NCBI GenBank assembly: GCA_031372565.1 | Contig: JANMLN010000201.1 | Span: 1 to 64,000, forward strand | Reading direction: 5' to 3' | Source: Gemmatimonadota bacterium | Lineage (GTDB): Bacteria > Gemmatimonadota > Gemmatimonadetes > Gemmatimonadales > Gemmatimonadaceae | DNA: 64,000 nt | Shown here: piece after piece, positions 1 through 10,808 of the stretch | How positions within the stretch are numbered: the first letter of the stretch is position 1 | Layout of the letters: every line of letters begins with the position of its first letter | Notes under the pieces: generated by a model | Told to the model about the DNA's origin: nothing | Seen by the model: the letters and a program-made list of their open reading frames with translations, nothing else | The model's database searches: none | Position numbers and translations under genes: made by a program

Positions 1-17
1 CCCCCGACCCCAAGCAG

Positions 18-42
18 CGCCTTCGCTCCGCTCAGGACGACA
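18..42. repeat. One arm of a REP-like palindromic intergenic element just downstream of glmS (partner arm would lie outside the window)
   Basis: Minus strand reads TGTCGTCCTGAGCGGAGCGAAGG, resembling the GTCATCCTGAGCGNAGCGAAGG-type intergenic palindromic repeat as I recall it; truncated by the window edge. Confidence 0.45.
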
Positions 43-1869
43 TCACTCGACCGTGACCGACTTGGCGAGGTTGCGCGGCTGGTCCACGTTGGACCCGCGC
101 TTGACCGCGATGTAGTAGGCCAGCAGCTGCAACGGGACCGAGGCGAGGATCGGCGAGAGCATTTCGAGTGTCGGCGGAATGCGGAACTCGTAGTCGATCT
201 TGCCCACGAGGCTCGGTTCGGCCTGCGACGTGATGGCGATGACCTTGCCCTTGCGTGCCTTCACCTCCTGCACGTTGCTCACGATCTTGTCGAAGATGGT
301 GTCGTGCGGGGCAATGCAGACCACCGGCATCATCTCGTCGATGAGCGCGATCGGGCCGTGCTTCATCTCGGCGGCCGGGTACCCCTCGGCGTGGATGTAC
401 GAGATTTCCTTGAGCTTGAGCGCGCCCTCGAGTGCGGCCGGGAAGTTGTAGCCACGGCCGAGGTAGAGGAAGTTCGACGCCCGCTTGAACTCCTCCGCCA
501 GCACCTCGATCTCGTCGGCGCGATCGAGGATGTTCTGGATCTGCCCGGGGAGCGCCTGCAGCGCGTCCACGAGCCGGCGCCCGTCGAGGATCGACATCTG
601 GCGCAGGCGGCCGAGCTTGAGCGTGAACAGCGCGAGCGCGACCACCTGCGACGTGAACGCCTTGGTGCTGGCGACGCCGATCTCGGGGCCCGCGTGGATG
701 TAGATGCCGCCGTCCGCCTCGCGGGCGATGGTCGAGCCGACCTGGTTGACGATGCCGAGCGTGCGCGCGCCGCGGCGCTTGGCCTCGCGCATCGCCGCCA
801 GCGTGTCGGCGGTCTCGCCCGACTGCGACATGACGATGCAGAGCGTGCGCTCGTTGACGATCGGGTTGCGGTAGCGGAACTCGCTCGCGTACTCGACCTC
901 GACGGGAATGCGCGTGAGCTCCTCGAGCATGTGCTCGCCGATGAGCGCCGAGTGCCAGCTCGTGCCGCACGCGGTGATGACGATGTTGTCGAACTTGAGC
1001 AGCTCCTCGTCGGTGAGGTTGAGGCCGCCGAGCTTGGCGGTCCCGTCCTCGGCGATCAGGCGGCCGCGCATCGTGTTCTCGATCGTCGTCGGCTGCTCGA
1101 AGATCTCCTTGAGCATGAAGTGCTGGTAGCCGCCGCGCTCGATCTGGCCGAGGTCCCAGTCGATCTTGGTGACCTTGCGATCGAGGTGCGTCGCGCTCAT
1201 GTCGATGATCTTGTAGCCGGTGCGGTCGAGGACCGCGAGGTCGCCGTCATCGAGGTAGATGACTTCCCGCGTGTGGTTGAGGATCGCCGAGGCATCCGAC
1301 GCGATGAAGTACTCGCCGTCGCCGAGCCCGACGAGGAGCGGGCTGCCCTTGCGGGCCGCGACGATCTTGTTCGGCTCCTTGCTGCACACCACCGCGATGC
1401 CGTAGGTCCCCTCGACCTTCTCGAGCGCGCGGATGACCGCCTCCTCGAGGTTGCCGGCGTACATCTCCTGGATCAGGTGCGCGAGCACCTCCGTGTCGGT
1501 CTCGGAGGTGAAGACGTACCCGCTGGCCTCGAGGCGCGCACGGATCGTGGTCGCGTTCTCGATGATGCCGTTGTGCACCACCGCGATGGTGTGGTCCGTG
1601 CTCGTGTGGGGATGCGCGTTGAGCTGCGTGGGCGCGCCGTGCGTCGCCCAGCGCGTGTGGGCGATGCCCAGCGTGCCGGTGACGGGGTCGGCATTCAGGG
1701 CCGCCTCGAGCTTGGCGATCTTGCCGGCGGCACGCCGCGTCTCGACCCCCTTGCCGTTCATCACGGCAATGCCGGCCGAGTCATAGCCGCGATACTCGAG
1801 CCGCTTGAGGCCCTCGAGCAGCAATGGCACGGCGGTGCGAGGTCCCACGTAGCCAACGATTCCGCACAT
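43..1869 (-). CDS. glmS: Glutamine--fructose-6-phosphate aminotransferase (isomerizing)
   Basis: N-terminal MCGIVG, HTRWATHG, SQSGETADT, C-terminal PRNLAKSVTVE; 608 aa. Confidence 0.99.
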   Translation of the reverse strand: MCGIVGYVGPRTAVPLLLEGLKRLEYRGYDSAGIAVMNGKGVETRRAAGKIAKLEAALNADPVTGTLGIAHTRWATHGAPTQLNAHPHTSTDHTIAVVHNGIIENATTIRARLEASGYVFTSETDTEVLAHLIQEMYAGNLEEAVIRALEKVEGTYGIAVVCSKEPNKIVAARKGSPLLVGLGDGEYFIASDASAILNHTREVIYLDDGDLAVLDRTGYKIIDMSATHLDRKVTKIDWDLGQIERGGYQHFMLKEIFEQPTTIENTMRGRLIAEDGTAKLGGLNLTDEELLKFDNIVITACGTSWHSALIGEHMLEELTRIPVEVEYASEFRYRNPIVNERTLCIVMSQSGETADTLAAMREAKRRGARTLGIVNQVGSTIAREADGGIYIHAGPEIGVASTKAFTSQVVALALFTLKLGRLRQMSILDGRRLVDALQALPGQIQNILDRADEIEVLAEEFKRASNFLYLGRGYNFPAALEGALKLKEISYIHAEGYPAAEMKHGPIALIDEMMPVVCIAPHDTIFDKIVSNVQEVKARKGKVIAITSQAEPSLVGKIDYEFRIPPTLEMLSPILASVPLQLLAYYIAVKRGSNVDQPRNLAKSVTVE

Positions 1870-1895
1870 GGATCAGGATCCTGAAAGAAGAGAAG

Positions 1896-3269
1896 TCACG
1901 CGCGCGCGAGCGCGTCGAGTGGCTCACGGGAACGTGCAATCAACAAACGCGCCTCCGCTTCGGTCGGAGCCTCGGCGATGACGCGAACGATCGGCTCGGT
2001 GCCCGACGGGCGCACGTGCACCCAGCGGTCTGGCCAGGACAAGCGAAGTCCGTCCTGCGTGTCCACCGTGGCATCGGCAAACGCGGCCCGGAGGGCCTCG
2101 TACACCGGGGCCAAGGCACCCGCAGGGCGGTTGAGCTTGTCCTTCACGATGGCATAGCGCGGATATTCGGCCACGATGGCGGAGAGCGGCCGCGCCTCGT
2201 CCAACAACAACTGCAGGATTAGTGCCGCGCCAACGGGGGCGTCCCGGCCGAGGTGCAGTTCGGGCAGGATGACCCCGCCGTTCCCCTCTCCACCGATCGG
2301 CGAGCGCTCGTCGCGCATGCGTACCGCCACATTGACTTCCCCGACCGGCGCCCGTAACACCCGGGAGCCCAACCGCTCCGCCACATCGTCCAGTACCCGG
2401 CTGGTCGACAGGTTCGTGACCACCGGCCCCGACCGATGTCGCAGAACGACGCGCGTCGCAAGGGCCAACGTCCAGTCCTCCCCGATCGCGTGCGCCCGCT
2501 CATCGACCAGCGCGAGCCGGTCGACGTCGGGGTCGGTCGCGAACCCGACGGCAGCGCCGCTGCGGGCCACCAACGCTTCAAGCTCCTTGAGATTATCGGC
2601 CACAGGCTCCGGCGAGCGCGGGAAACGCCCATCCGGCGTCATCCCGATCGCGTGCACCTCGCAGCCCAGCGCCTCGAGGAGCGCGGGAAACACCGTGGGT
2701 CCGGCGCCGTGGCAACAGTCCAACGCCACACGCATGCGCTTCGCCCGAATGCCGGCCACGTTGAGCCACGGAAGCGCCAGGATCGCCGCGACGTGCCGTG
2801 CGCAGGCTGCGTCGTCGACCTCCACGCTCCCCAGCCGCTCCCACGTGACGCCGCGCACCCCCGCCTCCACGAACTCCCGCATGGCCACCGCTTCGGTTCC
2901 GTCGAGGAAGAGGCCGCTCGACCCGATGAACTTGAGGGCGTTCCACTCGACGGGATTGTGACTCGCCGTGATCGCCAGCCCGCCCGCCGCATGGTGATGC
3001 TCGACCGCGAGTTGAATGGTCGGCGTAGGCGCCATGCCGACATCGATCACGCGGCACCCGACCGACTGCAGCGCTCCCACCACGATGCGATGAAACATCG
3101 GCCCGGAGACCCGGCTGTCGCGGCCCACGACAATCGCGTTGGAAGCGTGCCGCGCAGCCGACCAGGCACCGAAGCCTGCCGCAAACCTCGACATGATCTC
3201 CGGCGTCAGCGCTTCTCCGACGCGTCCCCGTATCCCGGAGACACTCACCATCAACCCCTCGTACGCCAT
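1896..3269 (-). CDS. glmM: Phosphoglucosamine mutase / phosphohexomutase
   Basis: SGIRG, TASHNP phosphoserine loop, DPDVDR metal loop, GEGNGG, RPSGTEP; directly upstream of glmS. Confidence 0.9.
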   Translation of the reverse strand: MAYEGLMVSVSGIRGRVGEALTPEIMSRFAAGFGAWSAARHASNAIVVGRDSRVSGPMFHRIVVGALQSVGCRVIDVGMAPTPTIQLAVEHHHAAGGLAITASHNPVEWNALKFIGSSGLFLDGTEAVAMREFVEAGVRGVTWERLGSVEVDDAACARHVAAILALPWLNVAGIRAKRMRVALDCCHGAGPTVFPALLEALGCEVHAIGMTPDGRFPRSPEPVADNLKELEALVARSGAAVGFATDPDVDRLALVDERAHAIGEDWTLALATRVVLRHRSGPVVTNLSTSRVLDDVAERLGSRVLRAPVGEVNVAVRMRDERSPIGGEGNGGVILPELHLGRDAPVGAALILQLLLDEARPLSAIVAEYPRYAIVKDKLNRPAGALAPVYEALRAAFADATVDTQDGLRLSWPDRWVHVRPSGTEPIVRVIAEAPTEAEARLLIARSREPLDALARA

Positions 3270-3422
3270 CGTCGCGCGGCTCCGATTATTGAATCCCGAA
3301 AGTTAGCGCAAGCCACTGCCGTTTCAAGATTTGCGCGCGGCTTTACCCGTGCGATTCGGTGACCTACGTTACCACGCGTCCCACCGCTGCCGTCGCCCGA
3401 GCCTGCCATCACCGGAGCCGCC

Positions 3423-5162
3423 CTGGACACCTCGCCCCGCCCGCGCCGCTCGGTCCTCCCCTTCCGGTGGAAGCTGGCGGGTGCCTGCGCAGCGGCCGTG
3501 CTCGCCGCCCTCATCGTGTTGGTCGTGCCGATCTACCTGCAGGCACGTCAAGGGCTCATGGAGCTGCATGGCCAGCGGCTTGAAGCCATCGCCCGCACGG
3601 CAGGCGCGAGCCTCTCCGGTGACTCCGTCGCCTCGTTGGCCGCTACGCGTGGTGCCAGCAGCCTCGCGTGGCTGCGCGGCGAGCTCCGCAAGTTCTGGGC
3701 GGCCAATGGCGGGGCCGCGACCGAGCTCGCCGACGGCATGGCGGTCATCCGGCGCGACAGCGGCGGACGGTGGCGCTTCCTCGCGCACGGCTCATGGTCA
3801 CCGGATCGCGCCGAGTATGCGGCCGCGTGGACGCCACCTCCTGGCCTGTCCGATTCCCTGCAGCGAGGCCGCGCCACGTTCAGCAATCTCTACACCGTCA
3901 AGAACGAACGCTTCATCTCGGCGGTGGCGCCGATCGTGCGCGCGGACGGCGAAGCCGTTGGGTTCGTGCTCGCCACCTTGAACGCGGACGTCTTCCTCGG
4001 CGAGATGGATCGCCAACTGATCCGGTTTGCTGGCATCCTGCCCGTGGTCTTCCTGATTGCGGTCGGCCTCGCGTTCTGGATCGCCGGCCGCCTCACGCGC
4101 GGCATCGAGGCCGTCTCGGCGCATGTGGAGGCCGTGGCCAAGGGGGCGCTCCGCCGCGACCTCGCCTACAGCTCGGATGACGAGATCGGCACACTCGCCG
4201 AGAGCTTCCGGCGCATGAGCGGACAGTTGCGCACCGTGCTCCGCGAGATCGAAGCGGGGGCCGCCGAGGTCGCCGCCACGGCGGAGGAGATGGCCGCGAG
4301 CGCCGAGGAACTGTCGGCCAGCACGGAGGAGGTCTCCGCGGCCGCCAACGCCATCTCGGGGTCCGCCGAGACCCAGACCAGGGCGATCACCACGATCTCG
4401 GCCGGCGCGGCCGCGGTGTCGGAGCGGGCGCGCGGAGTGGCCGACCAGGCACGGGCGGCGAACCAGGCAGCGGAGGAGGTCACGCACGTCGCCCAGCGCG
4501 GTGTGGCCTCGGCGCGCGAGGCACTCGAGAGCATGGCGCAGATCAGCGCCGTCACGCGCGGCGCGGTACCGAGCGTGCAGGCGCTGGCCGAGAAGTCGCG
4601 CCAGATCGGACGGATCACCGAAACGATCGGCACGATCGCGAAGCAAACCAACCTGCTCGCGCTCAACGCGGCGATCGAGGCGGCGCGCGCCGGAGAACAG
4701 GGCAAGGGCTTTGCCGTGGTCGCCGACGAAGTCCGCAAGCTGGCGTCGGAAAGCGCGCGCGCGCTCGATGTCATCCGCTCGCTGGCCACCGAAATCCTGT
4801 CCTCCGCTCGCGCCACCGAGGTGCAGATCACGGGGGTGTCGGATCAAGTGGCCGCGGGCGAGTTCGTCATCCGCGGGAGCGCCACGGCGCTCGAGCGGAT
4901 CGGCATGCAGATCGAAGGGAGTCGAGCGGCCGTTGCGGCGATCGTCGCGTCGGCAGATCAGCAGCAGCGCGAAGTGGTGGCGCTTGTGGACGAGATCGAG
5001 GCGATCGCCACGGTCGCGGGACAGAATGCGTCCACGGCACAGGAGGTCCGTGATGTCGTCGAGACGCAGGGCAGCGCGATGATCCACATTGCCGAGTCGA
5101 GCCAGCATCTGGCCGACGTCGCAAACCGGTTGCGCAGCGTGGTGGCCCGCTTCGAGCTGTGA
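3423..5162 (+). CDS. Methyl-accepting chemotaxis protein (2 TM, periplasmic sensor, HAMP, MCP signalling domain); start uncertain (CTG 3423 or GTG 3498)
   Basis: [37 protein letters not shown] hairpin signature; [14 protein letters not shown]; in-frame CTG at 3423 preceded by GGAG completes TM1. Confidence 0.93.
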   Translation: MDTSPRPRRSVLPFRWKLAGACAAAVLAALIVLVVPIYLQARQGLMELHGQRLEAIARTAGASLSGDSVASLAATRGASSLAWLRGELRKFWAANGGAATELADGMAVIRRDSGGRWRFLAHGSWSPDRAEYAAAWTPPPGLSDSLQRGRATFSNLYTVKNERFISAVAPIVRADGEAVGFVLATLNADVFLGEMDRQLIRFAGILPVVFLIAVGLAFWIAGRLTRGIEAVSAHVEAVAKGALRRDLAYSSDDEIGTLAESFRRMSGQLRTVLREIEAGAAEVAATAEEMAASAEELSASTEEVSAAANAISGSAETQTRAITTISAGAAAVSERARGVADQARAANQAAEEVTHVAQRGVASAREALESMAQISAVTRGAVPSVQALAEKSRQIGRITETIGTIAKQTNLLALNAAIEAARAGEQGKGFAVVADEVRKLASESARALDVIRSLATEILSSARATEVQITGVSDQVAAGEFVIRGSATALERIGMQIEGSRAAVAAIVASADQQQREVVALVDEIEAIATVAGQNASTAQEVRDVVETQGSAMIHIAESSQHLADVANRLRSVVARFEL

Positions 5163-6064
5163 CCAATCCGTTCGCCTATGTGCCCTTCGCGATCGCGGCG
5201 CACGGCGGTTCGGTGGATGGCATGCCGGCGTCGCAGCTCACGATGGCGGGGGTTTCGCTCCTCCGCGCCAGCGTCGCGCTGGTGCGCGCGCTCGAGGGAC
5301 GCCGCGCCGCGATCCTGATGCCGACGTCCGCCGCGTTCTTCTCGGCGCTTGCGGCCTGCGACGGACGTGCCGCCGTGCTGATCGATCCGTTGGCGGCACC
5401 GCGCGACATCGCGTTCCAGTTGGCCGACGCCGATGTTGGTGCCGTCTTCACCGTGCGCGCGCTGTCCCATGCGCTCCCGGCCCGCACGGTGCACGCGCTG
5501 CTCGACGACGCGCCTGCACGCGCCACCGTGATCGCCGGCGACGTGGTGCGCGAGGTCGTGCTCACGAGCCACGACACGCTTCGACTGGACGGCGCCCCCG
5601 ATGCGCCCGGCTCCGACGATCCCGGCGTGATCGTCTACCCGTCCGCCCCGGAGGACGTCCCGCGCGGCGCGGTGCTCACGCATCGCACCCTGCTCGCCGG
5701 TGCACGAGCGACCGTGCATGAAACCGGACTCGCCGCTGGCGACGAACTCCTCGCGCTGGTGTCGCTCGCGCATCCTGTCGGTCTCGGCGTCGCCGGGCTC
5801 GCACCGCTCCTCGCAGGGGCGCGTGTGCGCACGATGCATCGCGCCGCGCCAGCGTCCGCGCTCGAGCTGCTCGAGTCCGGTCAGGTGACGCACCTGGCCG
5901 GCGATCGTGCCTCGTGCGATGGACTGCTGCACGCGCTCGTCGCCCGCACGCGACCACTCGCCGCGCCGGCGCTTCGCGTGGCCATGTGCGTCGGCTTACC
6001 CGTGCCGCGCGCGCTTCAGGAGTCGTGGTACGCGCACACGCGGATCGAGCTTCGGCAGGGGTGA
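5159..6064 (+). CDS. Truncated/degenerate AMP-binding (acyl-CoA synthetase-like) domain protein
   Basis: Degenerate P-loop [18 protein letters not shown]; only 301 aa, ends before the C-terminal adenylation motifs; 4-bp overlap with the MCP gene. Confidence 0.7.
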   Translation: MTNPFAYVPFAIAAHGGSVDGMPASQLTMAGVSLLRASVALVRALEGRRAAILMPTSAAFFSALAACDGRAAVLIDPLAAPRDIAFQLADADVGAVFTVRALSHALPARTVHALLDDAPARATVIAGDVVREVVLTSHDTLRLDGAPDAPGSDDPGVIVYPSAPEDVPRGAVLTHRTLLAGARATVHETGLAAGDELLALVSLAHPVGLGVAGLAPLLAGARVRTMHRAAPASALELLESGQVTHLAGDRASCDGLLHALVARTRPLAAPALRVAMCVGLPVPRALQESWYAHTRIELRQG

Positions 6065-6087
6065 GACCTCCCCGGCGACGGTGCGCC

Positions 6088-7188
6088 TCAGGCCGAGCCG
6101 AGCGGCGGATCGGCGAGATCGAAGTCGGGAACGTCGAGCATCCCTTCGTCGATCGCACTGAGGAAGGCGTCGACGACCAGCGGATCGAACTGGGTACCAC
6201 GGCACCGGCGGAGCTCCGAGAGCGCCGCATCCACGGAGTAGCGGCGTTCGGCCCGATAGGGGCGGCCGCTCGTCATCGCATCGAAGGCGTCTGCCACCGC
6301 CACGATCCGGGCCTCCAGCGGAATGACCAAGCCGGCCAGGCCGTCCGGAATGCCGCGCCCGTCGTACCGTTCGTGGTGCGAGCGCACGATGTTGAGCGCC
6401 ATGGGTGCGTCCTGCAGCAGCGGCGAGAGAATGCGCCAGCCGACCACGGGGTGCAGCATGATGTGGTCGTACTCTTCGTCGGTGAGCGGCCCCGGCTTGT
6501 TGAGGATCGCCTCGCGCACGCCGATCTTGCCGATGTCATGCACGTGCCCGCCAAGCTCCACTTGCCGCGCGACGTTGTCATCGAGTCCCAACGCCCGCAC
6601 GATCGCCACGGAGTACTGCGACACGCGCACCGAGTGCCCGCGCGTGTAGCGGTCCTTCACTTCGAGCGCCTCGGCGAGGGACTGGATGCCGGCCAGGAAG
6701 AGCTCTTCCATGCGCGTCGCCTGGACCGTGACGCGCTGTTCGAGGCGCAGCTGGTAGCTGCGGTTCTCGATGATCAGGCGCCGTTTCTGCATGGCCTGGG
6801 CCACGCGCGCCCGGACCTCGTCGAGGTGGAACGGCTTGGTCAGGTAGTCCATCGCGCCGGTCGCGAGGCATCCGACGGCCACATCGACATCGGCCACGGC
6901 CGTGATCAGCATGACCGCCGTGTCGGGGTGGCGCTCGCGCAGGTGGCGCAGCAGCTCCACGCCGTCCATCTGCGGCATGCGGAGATCGGAGATCACGAGA
7001 TCGGCCGGGGCGTCGTCGAGGGCGACCAGCGCCTCGGTGCCCGAGCCGGCCTCGCGGCACTCGAACCCGTCCGCCTTCATCAGGCGGGCGAGGACCTGCC
7101 GGATGCGCGGCTCGTCGTCGACGACCAGACAGGTGGCGCCCGGGGGAATCGACGTCGGTAGCGCCGGCCGCGTGGTCGGTGCGTCCAT
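6088..7188 (-). CDS. Response regulator receiver + HD-GYP cyclic-dinucleotide phosphodiesterase
   Basis: LVVDDE...ISDLRMP...DYLTKPF receiver; HDIGKIG, HHERYDGRGIP, ARIVAVADAFDAM. Confidence 0.93.
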   Translation of the reverse strand: MDAPTTRPALPTSIPPGATCLVVDDEPRIRQVLARLMKADGFECREAGSGTEALVALDDAPADLVISDLRMPQMDGVELLRHLRERHPDTAVMLITAVADVDVAVGCLATGAMDYLTKPFHLDEVRARVAQAMQKRRLIIENRSYQLRLEQRVTVQATRMEELFLAGIQSLAEALEVKDRYTRGHSVRVSQYSVAIVRALGLDDNVARQVELGGHVHDIGKIGVREAILNKPGPLTDEEYDHIMLHPVVGWRILSPLLQDAPMALNIVRSHHERYDGRGIPDGLAGLVIPLEARIVAVADAFDAMTSGRPYRAERRYSVDAALSELRRCRGTQFDPLVVDAFLSAIDEGMLDVPDFDLADPPLGSA

Positions 7189-7298
7189 GCTGGTCACCCC
7201 CACGTGGAATGCTCCCAGGGACCGCGCGCCGTCTGCGCTCGCTCCGTCCCCTGCCGATCGAGTATCTTGAGGATCATCGTCCACCGGATTGTAGAAAC

Positions 7299-8468
7299 AT
7301 GACGAAGGTCTTCGAAAGCGATCGGTCGGCCGGGTTCGGCACCCAGGCGATTCATGCGGGCCAGCGGCCCGACCCCCTGGCGGGGGCGATCATGACGCCG
7401 GTGTACCTCACGTCAACCTACGTGCAGGATGCGCTCGGGGAGAACAAGGGATACGAGTACGCCCGTGGCAAGAACCCCACGCGCGAGGCGCTCGAACGCA
7501 ATGTGGCCATCCTCGAAGGCGGGACACACGGCTTTGCGTTCGCCTCGGGGGTGGGAGCCACGGACACGATCATGAAGCTGCTCAAGGCCGGCGATCACGT
7601 CGTCTGCGGAGAGAACGTGTACGGCGGCACCTTCCGGCTCTTTGACCGTGTGCTGCGGAGTTTCGGCCTGACCTTCTCGTTTGTTGATACCCGGGACCCG
7701 CAAAAGATTTCCGACGCGATCACCCCGGACACGCGCATGCTCTGGTTGGAAACCCCGACCAATCCCCTCATGCGCCTGACCGACCTGCAGGAGGCGTCCG
7801 AGATCGCCAAGCGGTCCGGTGCCCTGATGGTCGTCGACAACACCTTCGCGTCCCCGTTTTTCCAGCGTCCCCTCGCGTTGGGGGCAGACGTGGTGATGCA
7901 CAGCACCACCAAGTACCTGAATGGCCACAGCGACATGATCGGCGGTATCGCGGTGACCAACCGCGATGATCTGGCCGAACGCCTGCAGTTCCTGCTGAAT
8001 GCCTCCGGGGCAGTCCCGGGGCCGATGGACTGCTTTCTCGCCCTCCGTGGCACCAAGACGCTGCACCTCCGCATGCCGCGCCACGATGCCAATGGGCGCG
8101 CCGTGGCCGCGTGGCTGGCCAAGCGCTGGGGCGACGAACGGGTCATCTACCCGGGCCTCTCCTCCCACCCGCAGCACGAGCTCGCCACGCGTCAGATGTC
8201 GGGGTTCGGGGGCATGGTCACCGTGGAAATGGGGTCCAAGGTCAACGCCAAGCACGTGCTCGACCGGATGAAGGTCTTTGCGCTCGCCGAGTCGCTGGGG
8301 GGGGTCGAATCGCTGATCTCCCACCCGGCCAGCATGACGCACGGCAGCGTACCCGCCGACCGGAAGGCGGCCATGGGGCTGACCGACGGCATCATCCGGC
8401 TCTCGTGCGGGGTCGAGGACATCGAGGACCTCATCGGGGACCTCGATCAGGCGTTCGCCGGCCTGTAA
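7299..8468 (+). CDS. Cystathionine gamma-synthase/gamma-lyase (Cys/Met metabolism PLP enzyme)
   Basis: TQAIHAGQ, LETPTNP, VDNTFASP, HSTTKYLNGHSD (PLP lysine), AESLGGVESL. Confidence 0.93.
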   Translation: MTKVFESDRSAGFGTQAIHAGQRPDPLAGAIMTPVYLTSTYVQDALGENKGYEYARGKNPTREALERNVAILEGGTHGFAFASGVGATDTIMKLLKAGDHVVCGENVYGGTFRLFDRVLRSFGLTFSFVDTRDPQKISDAITPDTRMLWLETPTNPLMRLTDLQEASEIAKRSGALMVVDNTFASPFFQRPLALGADVVMHSTTKYLNGHSDMIGGIAVTNRDDLAERLQFLLNASGAVPGPMDCFLALRGTKTLHLRMPRHDANGRAVAAWLAKRWGDERVIYPGLSSHPQHELATRQMSGFGGMVTVEMGSKVNAKHVLDRMKVFALAESLGGVESLISHPASMTHGSVPADRKAAMGLTDGIIRLSCGVEDIEDLIGDLDQAFAGL

Positions 8469-8524
8469 CTCCCATCGGCAACGCACCGTAGGGGGGACAT
8501 CCTCCTTCTCTGGACCCACGAGCC

Positions 8525-9505
8525 ATGGCCCCGACCCCGCTTCCACTCATCGACTCGACCGCCTGGGAACACCCGGCAGATCGTGCGGCCCTCAACGCCA
8601 TGCGCGCGCTGCCGGGCTTTGACGAGGTGATTCGCAAGATCGCCGGGTTCATCGGCGATCGCGGCGCCCGGCACTTCTTCACGGCCGATGCCGTGCGCGT
8701 GGGTCCGCGCCAACGCCCCAAGCTCGACGCACTGTACAGCGACGTCATCGCGACCTTCGACTGGCCGACGCGTCCGCAGCTCTACATCACGCAAAACCCG
8801 AAGGCGAACGCCGGCGCGTACGGCTTCGAAGAGCCGTTCATCGTCGTGAACTCCGGCGCGCTCTCGATCCTCGATCGCGAAGAGCAACGCAACGTGCTCG
8901 CCCACGAACTCGGGCACGTGATGAGCGGGCACGTCACCTACCGGACGATCGCCGAGATCATCTTTGCGGTCGGCCTGAACGCGATGCCGCTGCTCGCCGG
9001 CGTTGCGCTCCTGCCATTCCAGGTGGCCATCCTCGAGTGGTACCGCAAGTCGGAGTTCTCCGCCGACCGCGCCGGACTGCTCGGCGTGCAGGATCTGCGC
9101 GTGGCTGCGGGCGCACAACTCAAGCTCTCGGGTGGCGTGGCTGGCGACGACACCATCGACGTCGATGCCTTTCTGGCGCAAGCCGCCGAGTACGAGACCG
9201 AGGGCGGCGCCTGGGACAAGACGCTCAAGCTCCTCAACACGGTCTGGCGTACCCATCCGTTCGGCACGGTCCGCGCAGCGGAGATGGCCCGCTGGTCCAC
9301 CAGCGCACAGTACCGGGAGATTCTCGCGGGCACCTACCAGCGCCGCGGCGACCCGAAGCGTCCGCTGACCGAGGACATGTCCGAGGCCGGCGGCTACTAC
9401 AAGGAGCAGGCCAAGGCGGCTGCGGATGAAGTGAGCGCCGCCGTGGGACGCGCCAAGGACGCCTTCCAGCAGGCGTGGAACAAGCGCGGCGGACCAGGCG
9501 CGTGA
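8525..9505 (+). CDS. M48 family (HtpX/Ste24-like) zinc metallopeptidase
   Basis: AHELGH HExxH motif, EFSADRAG, THP motif. Confidence 0.88.
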   Translation: MAPTPLPLIDSTAWEHPADRAALNAMRALPGFDEVIRKIAGFIGDRGARHFFTADAVRVGPRQRPKLDALYSDVIATFDWPTRPQLYITQNPKANAGAYGFEEPFIVVNSGALSILDREEQRNVLAHELGHVMSGHVTYRTIAEIIFAVGLNAMPLLAGVALLPFQVAILEWYRKSEFSADRAGLLGVQDLRVAAGAQLKLSGGVAGDDTIDVDAFLAQAAEYETEGGAWDKTLKLLNTVWRTHPFGTVRAAEMARWSTSAQYREILAGTYQRRGDPKRPLTEDMSEAGGYYKEQAKAAADEVSAAVGRAKDAFQQAWNKRGGPGA

Positions 9506-9530
9506 TGCGCCAGCGGCCCCGCCGGTTGCG

Positions 9531-10808
9531 ATGAAGATCCTCGTGGTTGGCGGGGGCGGGCGCGAGCACGCGCTGGCCTGGAAACTGCACGGCGAAGGTG
9601 CGGAGATTCTTGCCGCGCCTGGCAATCCCGGGATTGCCACGTTGGGACGCTGCCTTGCGGCAAGTGCCACCGACATTGACGCGCTGGTCTCGATCGCTCG
9701 TCGCGAAGGGGTCACCTTCACGATGGTGGGGCCAGAAGCGCCCCTGGCCGCGGGGATCGTCGACCGGTTCCGCGCACAAGGACTCGCGGCGTTCGGCCCG
9801 ACGGCCGGCGCGGCGCAGGTAGAGGCGTCCAAGCGCTTCTCCAAGGATGTCATGAACGAAGCGGGCGTGCCAACCGCACACGCCACGACGCACACCGACG
9901 TGAACGCTGCCATTCGCGCAGCGCACGGGTTGGGCGCGCCCGTCGTCATCAAGGCCTCAGGGCTGGCCGCCGGCAAGGGCGTCATCGTCGCCCTCACGAT
10001 GGACGAGGCAGAGCGCGCCATCCGCATGATGCTCGAGGGCAACGCGTTCGGTGCGGCCGGCCATGAAGTCCTGGTCGAGGAATTCATGGAGGGCGAAGAG
10101 GTCTCGCTGTTTGCGCTGTGCGATGGCACGCGTGCGCTCCCGATGATCGGCGTGCAGGATCACAAGCGGTTGCTCGCGGGCGACTTGGGCCCCAACACCG
10201 GCGGCATGGGCGCATATGCGCCGGTGTCGATTGGCGGCCGTGCGCTCGTCGCCGAGGCCGAGGCCCGCGTGTTCGCACCGATGCTCGCGGCGATGGCCGG
10301 ACGCGGCGTTCCGTTCAGCGGCCTGCTCTACGCCGGCCTCATGCTCACGCGCGACGGCCCGAAAGTGGTGGAGTTCAACTGCCGCTTCGGCGATCCCGAA
10401 ACACAGGCCATCCTGCCGCTGCTCGACAGCGCGCTCGCCCCCGTGCTCCATGCGGTGGCGAGTGGCGATGGCCTTGCGGGTGCGGCACCGCTGCGGTGGC
10501 GTCCCGCGGCCAGCGTGTGCACGGTGCTGGCGAGCGGCGGCTATCCCGAGTCGTCCGGCCCGGGGGTCCCGATCGACCTGCCAGAGCTGCCGGATGGCGT
10601 GCTCGCCTTCCACGCAGGGACACGGACCGGCATGGATGGCCGACTCGAAACCAACGGCGGTCGCGTGCTCAACATCGTCGCCACCGCGCCCTCCATGCGC
10701 GAAGCGCTCGCTCGGTCGTCCGCGTGGGCGGCTCGCGTACAGTTTGAGGGCAAGCAGTTCCGTGCCGATATCGGCTGGCGCGAGTTGGCGCGTGCCGGAG
10801 CTTCCTGA
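9531..10808 (+). CDS. purD: Phosphoribosylamine--glycine ligase
   Basis: MKILVVGGGGREHALAWK, GLAAGKGV, GPNTGGMGAY, EFNCRFGDPETQ. Confidence 0.98.
   Translation: MKILVVGGGGREHALAWKLHGEGAEILAAPGNPGIATLGRCLAASATDIDALVSIARREGVTFTMVGPEAPLAAGIVDRFRAQGLAAFGPTAGAAQVEASKRFSKDVMNEAGVPTAHATTHTDVNAAIRAAHGLGAPVVIKASGLAAGKGVIVALTMDEAERAIRMMLEGNAFGAAGHEVLVEEFMEGEEVSLFALCDGTRALPMIGVQDHKRLLAGDLGPNTGGMGAYAPVSIGGRALVAEAEARVFAPMLAAMAGRGVPFSGLLYAGLMLTRDGPKVVEFNCRFGDPETQAILPLLDSALAPVLHAVASGDGLAGAAPLRWRPAASVCTVLASGGYPESSGPGVPIDLPELPDGVLAFHAGTRTGMDGRLETNGGRVLNIVATAPSMREALARSSAWAARVQFEGKQFRADIGWRELARAGAS

Noticed and set aside
1..80. Tn7 insertion at the glmS attTn7 site
   Set aside because: The glmS 3' end is present, but only 42 bp downstream are visible; they look like a REP-type arm, and no Tn7 end or tns gene is seen.
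1870..1895. glmS ribozyme
   Set aside because: Only 26 bp separate glmM and glmS; no room for the ribozyme.
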